Positions 1 through 12,819 of a DNA stretch of 64,000 nt are shown one piece after another. The notes under the pieces are model-generated. The model searched no databases and had not been told where the DNA came from. It saw only the letters and a list, made by a program, of their open reading frames with translations. Each line of letters starts with the position of its first letter. The stretch's first letter is position 1. Where the stretch lies: positions 8,866,001-8,930,000 of the forward strand of contig CM022665.1 in the NCBI GenBank assembly GCA_012295275.1, read 5' to 3'. Both the position numbers and the translations under genes were made by a program. The DNA is from Chrysomallon squamiferum. Its lineage: Eukaryota > Animalia > Mollusca.

Positions 1-1607
1 TTTTGTTTTTCTCATAATGTTATCTGATCATGTAATGATGTTGAAAATTCATGCATTCACAAATGAATGTTTATTGAAAGAATTTGAAATGGGGGTTTTT
101 GAAACAAACAGTGATAAAGAAATGTGAAAATGAATATCAAATATGGCTGATGGAAGTGCTACAGTGATTATTAAATAATCAGAATTTATGTGTTAAAATA
201 CTTAATATGCAGTAGTGGAACAAATGATAGATGTGTTTTTGTTACTGTTTAAAATTCATGTAAAAATCTGTTTAAATTAGAATAGACTTCTTTTTAAACA
301 AGTGGTATATGTGAAACAGTCACCAGTTCCTTTCACCAATTAGTTTCAGAATGTTCTGAAATATAAGATTATTTGTTTCTAAAATAATAACAGTTTGAAT
401 ATTTGATAATTAAACTGAGTTCTGAAAAAAAGAAGTATATTATTTGTATTTTTGTGCATAACAACTATAATTTAAATAACAATAAAAGGTGTGTTTTTTT
501 TTTTATGAACTTTGAAAAAAAAATTAAGACTACAATAACCTTTTTTTTTAAATTTTTTAAATAAAACATTGTTTGTTTTGATCATAAATATTCAAATGTT
601 ATTTTATTAATTTGTATCAAGCTGATTTCATTAGGATTGTATATTTTCACCTTTTTGTTTGAAATTCCAAATGCTTACTGCTTGTTTTAAGGGTAATTTA
701 AATAATGTCACCTGCTTTTAGGTGACAACTAACCACATTTGTCTTTTGCATTTATTTTAAAAATTAAAAATTAAAATGTTTCTTTTTACTAAAATAAATT
801 TAACAAACTTGAATTTTTCTGCTATTTGCTCATTGATTTTTAAAAAAATTCTTTAAATTTAATTTTATTTAAATATTTTTAAAATAAAAATTTTAAATTA
901 CACTTTTGTTGCTAATAATAAAGAAATCATCTTTTTGGGGGGATTTGTGGTTATAACAGAATTCATTTACTAAAATATAACAATAATTAAAAAATTGCAG
1001 ATATGTGTTCACATTTCAGGCCAGTTTTAATGTAATTTTAGAATTCTTAACCACAGCTATTTTTATAATTTATTGATTTCAAATAATGACTTTTTTTTTT
1101 TTTTTTTTTTTTTTTTGAGACCACATTTATTTCATTGATTGAAATCAACTTTTTAATTTTTTAATTTTATTTGTATTATTATAATTATTATAATTTGTTT
1201 TTTTTTTTTAATGGTAATGCATTTAGGTGTTGTTTCTGCCAGCCCTATAAGGGTTAATCAATGTAGCATTATGGTGCTTATGTAAAACATTACACTTGTG
1301 AGTGGCAAGGCTGTTTATTCTATTTGTAAATAGTTTAAAAAAATAAAATTAAACTGTATTTTTGGTCATATTGTCCAGGCTGTAACATATTTCGTCACTC
1401 TCAAAGCTTAAAAAAAAATAATAAATCAGATTTTCTGAGAATAGTGTTGTTATTACTTTTAAAATACCATTAATTTTTTAAAACAGAAAATATTGGGTTA
1501 CAGACATTTGTAAAGAACCAAATAGATACCAGAATTGTCAATATTTGAAGTAGAAATAAAATGTGGATGGATACTTGAGAGGACAGGAAGGCTTGTTAAC
1601 TCTGAGG

Positions 1608-1850
1608 GAATTGGAAGATTGCCTGGTATATGTGCATGGTTTGAAGAAGGCCTGATGTATATAAAGGGTTTAAGAATTTTCTTGATGGCTAAAAGAAGGC
1701 CTGATATATATGTAAAAGGCTGAAAAAAGTTCTGATATATTCCATGTGCTGAATAAGGCTTGATGCATGGGCATGACATGAAGATGTGATAAATGTGATA
1801 TAAATAATATTTGATGTGTGTGAAAGGTTGGAAGAATGGTTGTTCAAAAA
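1608..1850. repeat. Degenerate ~29-31 bp minisatellite
   Basis: Recurring unit resembling gaagaaggcctgatatatatgtaaaaggct (gaagaaggcctgatgtatataaagggtt / aaagaaggcctgatatatatgtaaaaggctg / aaaaaagttctgatatattccatgtgctg / aataaggcttgatgcatggg). It explains the two overlapping ORFs at 1498-1923. Confidence 0.55.
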
Positions 1851-3500
1851 TTAGCACGATACAAAGGGAATATCTAAGAAAGTCTGATATACATTGGTAC
1901 TTCAGCATCATGGTTTTTATCACAAAATTTCAACTGCCCAAATTTTGTTGTTTTTGTTAATTTGCACTTCATTCACCAGATTAAGAATCCTTATATATAT
2001 ATAAATTATAGACTGACTTTTACAGCTTCATTTCTTGTAATAATTATTTTATTGTATTTATGTCACAAAACAAAAACAAAAAACAATAACAGATTCAACA
2101 TTTTATTTATGTTAACATGCATTAACAAAATACATTCTGGATCACTTTTACAACTAAGTATATATGTAAAAAAAACACCACACAAAAATGGAATTAGTAT
2201 AGACAAAAATAGAAAAGATATGAAGTAATTTTGAGTATTTTCTTTAAATGCTAATTTCAAAATAAAAGAATGATATAAAAGATATTTTAAATATGTAAGT
2301 TATTCTCATAATCAGTGACCTGTAATGTGTCTCAGACTGTGGAATGATAAAATCATGCTTGGGAAATATCTGTAAAATTTAAGTTTTCTGTCATAAATAG
2401 ATAACGTGATATATTCAGTTCTCATTACAACATGAAAACCTACATGTGTGAATTAACGTAATTAGATACATCAAAATTAATAAAGCCTTATCAGTCAGAT
2501 CTTTAGTTCTTTTTTGTTTAAAGATTTATTAAACTGTAACAATAAAATATTTTTATCCTTTCCTTCTCTATTTATATTCTGCTACAAAACACTACATGTA
2601 AATAATAAATTCTAACAGTAAGTAAGAAAAATAAAAAAGAAGACAAAAGTAAAACATACAAATAGACATGTAACTACATAATCAACATTAAAAAATAAAC
2701 TAAAATAAAATATTAATATATTTGGCACACGGAAGTTATATTTTATATCAGTACAAATAAATATTCTGGTTAGGGACCATCCATAAAGTATCTATTCTTC
2801 AAATGTAAGTTCTTGCATAAACATGTATTTTCTTAATCAAACACTAGCTAAAGCTTTTATCAAGAATACACTGAATTTGAAATCACAGGATTTAGTCAAT
2901 AGATGTTTGTAATTTGTCTTCAGTTTCATCCAAAATTTACTTGTTTAGAAAAACCATATCCAAATAAATTATTGTTTTTAACCTGATGACAGTAAAAAGA
3001 ACTGTAGTAATTTTTTAAAGGATCAACAATAACAGAATATCTGTTCATTAAGAGATAAGAAAACATTTGTATTCATGCATATACAAAAACAATATTCACT
3101 AAATGCATAGTAAGGGAGTATTTTAAAACACTGCACATATAAATCAGTTGCACCTATCAGCTTTGTAACATACATAGTCATAAATTGTTTTAATTCTTAT
3201 TAAGAAATGTCCACAATTATTTTTATAATCAACTATGACTGTTTTTCACTAGATACTTTCCTTCAGACCTACCATAAATCACCTATATATGATATGTCAG
3301 GGATCTTTGTGGTAATATTTTCACTAGTAATTTTACTAGATTTATAATAACTCATCAACATAATTTTTTGGTAATAAGTTGCATTAGTCATTTCTCAAAA
3401 TATCTCTACAAAAGTCATTTTTAAATTTTTTCATTAGTGATTTTTTAAAAAGTTATTTAGATAATCTGTTTTTTCCATTAGTTATTTTCCACATTACTTT

Positions 3501-4608
3501 TCACAAGTCATCTAGATAATCTTTTTCTTTTGTAGGAGCATTTTCATTTGTGATTTTCCACTGCTGAGTTTCTGATGACTCATTACATTCAGCCAAAATA
3601 AGCCCAGCTTCTGACTTGTGACTATCAATACACAAATTAGTTGCCTCATGAATAATCAGTGAATCCTGACGAAACCATCGCTGAAAAAAACAACAAATAA
3701 TAATAATAATAATAATAAATAAAAATATTTTTATAGATTTCATTAGGGTTTTGAATTCCACAACAATGTATAAATATATAATACATTTTTTCATTGGAAA
3801 GTATCAGAAGGTGAGACACAGACATAACAATAAAAAAAATAATTTAAAAAAAATGGAATTAAATTTTTTGGAGTAATTTTATACATTATATATTAAAGAA
3901 TTCTAATTCATAAAATAGTGATTAAAATAACTGTGTTGTTAGATGGTTTACCTGATTGTCATTATAGTTACAGAAATGGACAACGATGTAAGAATGAGTT
4001 TCTTTAGCATCAGCTGACAGACACATTCCATTACTAACAATCACTCCTTTCCTCCGCCATGACCAGTCCTCATGAAAAAATTTCAGTTCAAATATTATTT
4101 ATTTATTCATAATTTACACACATACATATTATTTATTGCATGTGTATTAATTATTTACTTATTGTATTTATAATAGTTTATTATTATTTTTATTTTCTAA
4201 ATATTCTTTATAATATTTTAGTTTTTATTATATATTTAATATTTATTTTAAATTGTAATTTATATCGTATTCATTTTTATGATGGAAAGAAATTATAGTG
4301 ATATAATTATGTAACTGATATAATTTTAAAAATAGAAAAATTTCTACATCATTAGAAAAACATTTATGGGCAATTTACAGGTTAGTAAATAAACTATGTA
4401 TTAAAATTATCTGCGATAAATTAAGATAATCAAGTTTTTACAAAAGATAAAATAACTATATATAATAGTTTTCATACTTGAGTGTCTTTCATTTCTGAAC
4501 ATTTTTGGAGTTGTGTGATAACAGGAAGCTGACCTGGATTAATGTCAATGCAATTATCTCCCTGGAAAATATGTCCATAACCTAGTTCATCACTGACTGG
4601 GAGTCTGC

Positions 4609-4660
<52 letters not shown>

Positions 4661-6661
4661 GTAATAGTAACATTAGATATTGTTTAAAAAAATTTTTTAT
4701 AAAAAATTATATTTTGTTTTTGTAATATTTATTATTGTTATGTCTTTAGATATGTTTTGCAATGAAAATTACTGATAAATGTTCAATAAACTCAAGTTTT
4801 ATTTTTTTCAAATCCTCATATTTTTCAAGATAAACCACATTTATATAAAACTTACTTCAGTTCTGGATATACGTTTTGAAGGTACCAGTGGAAATTTTGA
4901 CACTTCAGTTTTTGTCTCAACTTTTTCCTTTCTGAAACACTAAATAAAATAATGGCATATAAATTTTAATAACTGTTGGAAAAAAAAGAAATGTATCTAT
5001 CTATCTGTTTATCTATATCAATTAAATAATAATCAATGCTTTTTATTATCTCTTGAAAATGAAAAAAATGTAATTCTGTTTGCTAAACTAAGAAATAATA
5101 ATATTTACAAAGGTAACTTACTCTCCATATTGCTGCATTCTTGCTGATGGTTTTGCAGCATAGAAAAATCTTTTAAACTCGTCCATCCAGATTTCAGCAG
5201 TTCTTCTGCTGTTTCTAAAATAAATATTAATTTTGTTTTTTTTTTCTCTTTTTTTTTTATAAAAATAAACAAATTCTCATAAACACAACAAATACTAATA
5301 CATTTGTCAGTAAATCACTATATAGAAACAGAAACATTAAATAAATATAATTCAGAAATTAATAATTGTGATTATAAAATAAATAAATTGTCTGAGTGTT
5401 TGATGCAGAAAACAAATAAACAAATAAACAAATGTGTGTATACATATGTGCATGTGCATTCATGATGGAGACATGCTGAAAATTATTCTTGTACAGAAAA
5501 ACATAATAAAAACAGCAGGCCTACTTGACATTGGCACTTGTAATTCTCTGAGGTAAGTTGTGTGAAAAATATTTTACATGTACAAGACCAACACGACTGC
5601 AAGGAACAATCTTCAGCTTTCCACCACACATCCAAGTACGAAATGATAACTCTGAAAAACATGTCTCCCAAAATAAGTAAGTTACAAATACTGCCTATCT
5701 GAACTAAGTAATATATAAACGTAATTATTTATCACAGTCGTATTTGTGTATATGTATATATCTATTTCTTTCTTTCTGTGTAAGTGTGTGTATTTCCAAA
5801 TGAATATCAGGTATTTCTGTAAACTTTTTCAATATTTATCAAATCTTTATGTGTCTGGAGAAGAAGGAAGAAAATAATTAAGGATGAAAGGAAGGAATAT
5901 ATCTAACAAACAATTCTACCTATATTATCTACTCCTGATATATCCATCTTTGTGTCAAGTTTTCCTAATTTGTCAAACCATTCTTTCTGAAGAGTGAAAA
6001 TCTCACCAGATATAACAGGGGTCCTGAAAAAAGACAAACAATAATCATTTAAAGGTGTTTTCTCACTACATGTAACCTGAACAGACGTCTGCATGTCTCT
6101 GAATTATACTGTGATACTTTTCAATCTGATGACACTAATGTTATTACAATTTTGCTTTTCTCAAAGTACCAGTCTGTCTGAAGAAAGATAATCATTATAA
6201 AATTACATCTAAACTAAAAAGGTATTATCTTTAGGCAAGAGATCTAATCAGTTTGTGACATGCAGCTAAATCGTGAGTTGTTTTAATTAAGGTGTGACAT
6301 ATCATAATGTAAAGAATACCTCTTTACCATTTGAAATCCACAACAATGACAAGCAAAAAAAAAAAAAAAAATCAACAGTGGTTTAGTCTTACTTAGCTGT
6401 TTTATACTTAGGCAGTGATATAAGCAGTGAAAAAAACTGATGAAAAAAACAAAAAATAAAACAGAAGTAAAATGCTATTAATTAAAGAATGAGGCACTAA
6501 TGCCAAATTAAAGAATGCATTATTAAACAATTTATATATTTGGAACTTTGAATTTCCCAAACTAATGGAGATTAAATTCTAATTTGAATATGTTTATTAT
6601 TTTGCAATTATTGGAAGTCCTTGAATAGAAGCATAAGCTTCATTTTCTATTTATTTATTTA

Positions 6662-6693
<32 letters not shown>

Positions 6694-7486
6694 TGTAACT
6701 ATTGTTGTAATACTTGAAACTAATAATTGTCTTTAAGGATTGTGGTATTTCCACATTATAAATAATTGTATGCTTCACCTCAGTGGATTTATGTGTCTGT
6801 TTCCATGTACAAGTGATACTGGTAAATCTTCCCATTTAAACTGTAGACTCCAGTCAAATCCTAAATATAAACTAATTAGCTTTATTAAAAATATATAAAC
6901 CCACAACAAAAGACAAAAAAAAAAAAATAATTAAAAAAAAAATTAATATCACTAACAAAATATATGAAAACAAGAAGTAAATAATTTTAAATAATAAAAT
7001 AAATATTTGGAAAAACCCCACAAAATAAATAAATAATTAAAAGAAAAACAGGCTAATAAATAATGAAAAATAAGTAAATAAGGAATGTAAATAATAATTG
7101 AAAAAAAAGAAATGGGTACATAAGAAAAAAGAAAGTCTGGTAACCTCCTCTGAGAATGTTTGGCACTGGTAGATAGTCAAAAGTTTCTGGATCCACTGAA
7201 TCTATTACTGGGCTCACCACTGATGTTGGATCCTGAAAAAAAAAAAACACAAATAAAAACTACAATAAATACATTTCAGAATCCTATTCTTTTATTATCC
7301 TCACTGAAAATTATCCCATTTATCATCCAAATTTGACCTTTTGAAATCCAATATATTAAAAGCAATACAATTCTTTATCTTAGAAATCTAATTCATTAAA
7401 TAAAATAAAGAAAAGGTTAATAAATTCATTTTGTTTAAGAAAATGCACCTTAAAATTTTCTCTTAAATAAATAATAATAATAATAA

Positions 7487-7517
<31 letters not shown>

Positions 7518-10500
7518 ATAATACTACATTAAAAGATAAGAAAAGAAACATATTTTAACTATTTTCTAAAAGTTAAAGTGTGTTTTCTGACTTACGTTAT
7601 AAACTAATTTCAGCATTGGTTCTAGCCAGCCATTGTTCACCTCACAGTGACTGTTTAAAAATGTCAACACTTTTGTCTGGGTTTCATCTGCTCCTTTAGT
7701 ACGTGATCTTGTAACACCTAAAACAGTTTGATCAAATTCTAATTTTATACATTCCTTAACTTTAAAGATTTCATAATTAGTTATTTTGAAGTCACCTATC
7801 CAGACTTTGAGACATTTTCTTAGGATCATTGAATAGTATGGATGTTAGCTTGTATCAGATGGTTGACCAAAAGATGATACATTTTTATTTTTAAGTATCT
7901 CCATGTTCTGATATTTTAAAACTATATTATTCTTGACTGTAGTTTATCTAGTGTCTGGTGAAATATCACCAACATGATTATAATTTTGTCCTTATAGATA
8001 AATGAAAATATACTAATTAATTCACTGTCTTGTAATGGCATTAATGGCTGAAAAACCACCATGATGATTAATAAACTTTATGAAGTTCATATTTTTACCT
8101 TCCTTCTTCAGATTTCGAATGAGTTTTACTTTTGGAATGGATGTGAGAAATTCTCCATCTTGAACTAATATATAAATAAATAAAAGAATAAATAAATACC
8201 AACAGAGAGTCACTGAAAATAATCATCTGAAATACTTAGATTATTTGTTCCAGTGTTTTGCTGTTTTATATACAATATAATTAAATCTAAAAAATGTTTA
8301 AATTGATTTTCTTATTTTATATAAAATAACAGTAGTGTACATACATTTCTGAAAATATAATAAAATACTTACATATAATATCTTTAAAAATTATATATTT
8401 GATTTACAAATACCAAATGTTTAAAAAATAAATATATATGTAAATATCATAAGAGCATGACAAAAAATAAAATATATTTGTGCTTGCCATTGTCACTGAA
8501 GTCATCTACAAGAATAATTTCCTTGATTAGATGTTCTGGTGATCTGAGAAGAACACTATATCAAAAACAAGGAAACTAACAGTCATAAATTAACATGTAT
8601 TATTCTGAATAATTTATAGACAAAAGTTACAACACTAGCATTAGGGATCGTTGGTTGATGAATGAATCCTCTTCAGTGCTCTTCCATAACTAATTTATCA
8701 TATATTGTGGAATAACATTTCTTGTTATGGGAAGGTACTTACAAGAGTTGTTAAGAGTAGCCAATGGACTGATAGCAGCACATTTTATCAGTATACAGAA
8801 ATCATTTTTCAGATTATCATTACTGTATATTAACAAATATACAGATAAATTTAAACTTCATTCAGTTTACTCATTCATTATGTATGGAACAAAGTTTTCA
8901 TTTACGTTATTTAAACACTCTTTGTTTATGACTGAACAATAATCCATTGTCCTAAAGTAAAATAGTAAACAACAATATAGCAATATATTAATATAAAAAT
9001 ATGAATATTTTAAAACTCCAATGAATAAATTCTATTCATTTAAAAAATAAAAATATCATCTAATAAAACAGTATTTAATTAATTCTGAAATTAACTGTTT
9101 TTAAATTCAGCTTTATAATTTAGAATTGCTATGAATTAAATAATTTACTTATAAAGATTCTTTAAAATTTTTAGCCTATACTAAATATGCATTATCGGAA
9201 AATTATTTTAAAATTTTGACAAAGATCTTACCTGAAGATGGTTCTAATGAGCACAGACCGAGCTTCATTGTGAAACACTATGATCACTGTGGTGGCTGGG
9301 AGCTGATTACTAAACACATATTTCTTACACCTGTGTTATAAATATAAGGTATTAAAGTTCTACAGTTCATTAACTATGTAGTAATGATAACCATGATATT
9401 TTAAACTCACTTACACACATGCAGTGGCTATTATGTGTTCTGTGTTTTCATAACATCATATATTATAATACTGTGCATGAAATAAATCTTTTAATAATAA
9501 ATTTGCTTACAACTTAAGCTGAATAATTTTTGTACTTAATATTTAAAAAACATTTTAAAATTTCAATCATCTTAAATAGAATCGTCAGTTGCTACTATTA
9601 TCTTTATTGTTAACTGATTGTTAGTACAGATATTGGACCAATTATCTGGTGTCCTGAAATCCAGAAAGACCAGAAAATTGGAAATTATTTCCCAACGCTA
9701 TTTTCATAGTTCATATGAGCAGGTGTTGTAATCCCAGACCAGAACTGCTCTTTGAAGCTGTGTCGCGTTCATTCACTCGCTGCACTGTTTATGTGTCAAG
9801 TCCCACATTTGTGTATACGTCAATTTTCTTTTTTAATTTTAAAAATGTTTAAGCCTAATTATTTACGTATTTAGATGCCTTGGTACCAGAAAACCGGAAA
9901 ATCCTGAAATCCAGAATACCTCAGACCCCAAGGAGTCTGGATAATTGGTCCGGTACCTATCCACAAATGTCATGTTTTTATGCACTGAAATATTTTAACA
10001 TTATGTAAGTTCATATAATAATGAAAGGGGAAAAAAGTTAGTATGGTGTAAAAAACAAAACAAAAAAAACCCCCCACTTTCCCCAAAACAAACACATATT
10101 CAAACATATGCATACACATACATATAAAATTATAATCATTAGAATACATTAGCTATAAAAGTGCGAAATTCATCAATGTATTTTTGTATTTTCCCAATTA
10201 CAGATTGTATAAAAGTTTTTAAAAATCTGGAAAACCTCTTTATAAAACAATTTTTTTTTAATAATAGTCTATAAAGAAAATGGAACCACACAGGATAAAC
10301 TAATCTTCCACAAGTACAGTTACAATATTTCAAATAGAAAAAGAAAGCAATGATTTATTTCAGTGTTAAAATATTTGTGGAGACATTAACTTACTGAATA
10401 CTTCTGGAATCTGGTAGAGATCTATCAGGAGGGATTATGTTGCTGATAACAATATTAAAACCATATTTTTTCATTGGATGTAAAGTATCTGATGAATGTG

Positions 10501-10549
10501 TCTGGTGAATGTATTCTTCCACATTCAGAGTCTTCAGATTCAGGGGTGT
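3501..10549 (-). CDS. Polypeptide N-acetylgalactosaminyltransferase homolog (GALNT2/14/16-like subfamily), probably catalytically inactive; 5' end unresolved
   Basis: 14 phase-consistent exons: 10395-10549, 9232-9330, 8488-8555, 8099-8164, 7596-7717, 7145-7232, 6779-6860, 5920-6023, 5525-5651, 5122-5214, 4856-4939, 4478-4604, 3952-4068, 3501-3680 (503 codons + stop). Motifs include [69 protein letters not shown] and [10 protein letters not shown], followed by a C-terminal ricin-B lectin domain (CID...QDW, CLS, CID...QQW). Confidence 0.93.
4609..4658. repeat. (AAT)n microsatellite abutting a GALNT splice acceptor
   Basis: Direct reading of the sequence. Confidence 0.9.
9627..9959. mobile_element. 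Non-autonomous Tigger/pogo-like (Tc1/mariner superfamily) MITE in a GALNT intron, decayed
   Basis: Left end TA|CAGATATTGGACCAATTATCTGG; right end reverse complement TAGGTACCGGACCAATTATCCAG (GGACCAATTATC identical). A subterminal tcctgaaatccagaa occurs near both ends. The left flank is TA and the right TSD is eroded. Confidence 0.7.
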
Positions 10550-10669
10550 CTGCAAATGAGGTAATTTAATTAAAATTATAAAAATTATATTTAATGTACA
10601 TATTGAATGCTAAATTAAAAATTAATATATCTGAAAAAAAATCTAAAAAAAAAACCCACAGATATTTTC

Positions 10670-11330
10670 ATTACAAATAAATTTAATTTGTATACAAATG
10701 AAAAATGTGTTGAGTACAAAAGTTATAATATGTTAATATGTCAATAAAGGAAATTATTTAAAATGTTCTTTAGAAGTGAATTCAGTATCTACAAAAAGAG
10801 AACTAACATCTAAACATGTCTGCAAAATGAGAAATTTAATATGTTTGCAAAATAAATAATTTAATGTGTTAACAAATGATGACATTTAGTGTGTTTAAAC
10901 AAAGAAAGAAATTTAATATATAAAAAAAAGTTATTTAAGTATCTAAAAACAAGTTTAATATGTGTACAAAAAATTATATTGTCCTCTACAATTAGAAATT
11001 CAGTATATATCTACAAATTGAAAACTGAGATGTCTACTGAATAAGTAATTTAATGTGTCTACAAAAGTAATTCAATATCTACAAAAGACAACTGACATGT
11101 CAACAAAATAAGAAATTTAATATTTCTGCAAGAGAATACATTTAACATATTTACAAAAGAATTAATTTAATGTACCTGAAGAAGGATTTTAATACTTTTA
11201 TAATTTAAGGAATTTTGTATATTTACAAAAGAAGCGGTTTATCATATGTCTACAAAAGAAAAAATTGAGTGTGTTTATAATATAAAAGAAGTAATTTAAT
11301 GTTGCCACAAAAGAAGTAATTTAATCTATA
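10670..11330. repeat. Degenerate ~25-bp tandem minisatellite
   Basis: Many diverged copies of a unit resembling ACAAAAGAAGTAATTTAATGTGTCT. Confidence 0.75.
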
Positions 11331-12819
11331 TCTTTATTATGTTTGATCACTGCTCCATTCCACATCAACTTTTCACACCAAAAGGTGAATCAAGTATTAA
11401 CTGGACTAGTATTGTATATATTTTACACCAATACAGATATATCCAAAATGAATGGACATAGATGTTTTGGCATTGAGAATAGTATATAATTCAAACACAA
11501 TAGGTCAAAGAAAATTTTAAGCACAGCTGATGGATATATAATGATATAAATGGTTACTATTTAACACTGTAATAATTTGGTAAATACAAAATTTTATAAA
11601 TCCTTCATATATGTATTTGTACACACAAGCATGTGCATTTACATATGCTGCTTTACCCACTGTTGTAATATAATAATAAATAAAATAAACAAATAAGTAA
11701 CTGAAGAAAACCAAAAAAAAAGGAAAAAAAGAAAGGAAGACGACAACAAACTAAAACAAACAAAAAAATAAAATAAAAAAATATCAATTTCAGATGTTTT
11801 AGGGTATGTGGGAAAGCATGTAATTGATTAAAGACATACCATTTTTTAATATTTTCAAGAAAGAACAGAATCCAAGTTCATATGAATGCTTTTCTTAAAA
11901 TCTGACATTTATTGATTTAATTATAAAATCTTAATACTACTATCCACCCACTAGTATATTTACAGTAGTGGTGAACCTTTCATTTCTCTTCTGAAGGTTC
12001 TAAAACATGCCAGTCTCCTTTTAATATATATCACTAGTTCTGCTTAGGCAATACTCATAATGACTACAATAAAATTAAAGAACAGCTAAAGATTGTATTA
12101 TTATTACCAATGCACTGTTTTATATAGTCTCTCTTTTTCACACACACATACTGTACATACCCTCACACACACTCAAATAATAAAATATATAATATTAATT
12201 ATTTTATTAATAACAGTTTGATGACTGGAAAGATATAGAAATGGTGTCACATAATAATACATTTTAGCAAAATAAAACAAGAAAAAACAAAACAAAAGAA
12301 ACATAAAAACAACATTTGAAAATGTGAAACATAAACCATCTAATGAAAACACTAAAACCATTGTGCATCTGGAGAAATAAACACTTCAGTTTTTTTCAAC
12401 TTGTAGCCTACCTGTGTGTGACTTAATGGCAAAGGTTTTTATCAGTTAACAATAAAGATTTTGTCAGTGTTTATTGAAGCAGAACTAAAACTGTATGTGT
12501 GTGTGTGTGTTTGTTTGTATGTTTTATGAATTTAATAACATCACTGATACTGTAATAAATGTTTTTGTTTTTTGTTTTGTTTTCTGTAATCCAAAATCTA
12601 ATATATAGGCCTAATTAGATGTAAACATAAAACATTAAATTAAAATAATTATGAATTACAATATTATAACATTTTAGTTTTACTTTGTGAAAATCTGTGT
12701 TTAATATCATTACAGTGTATCATGTATACGTCTGTACAAAACGACAGTATTGTGTTTATTATATTTTATTTATTTGGTTTTAACTTACAATTATTATTAA
12801 ATAGTTTTAAGAAACCCAA

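Noticed and set aside
1498-1923. 141-aa His/Cys-containing ORF with KPY/KPF words suggesting C2H2 zinc fingers
   Set aside because: There is no CxxC...HxxxH spacing; the periodicity comes from a nucleotide-level minisatellite.
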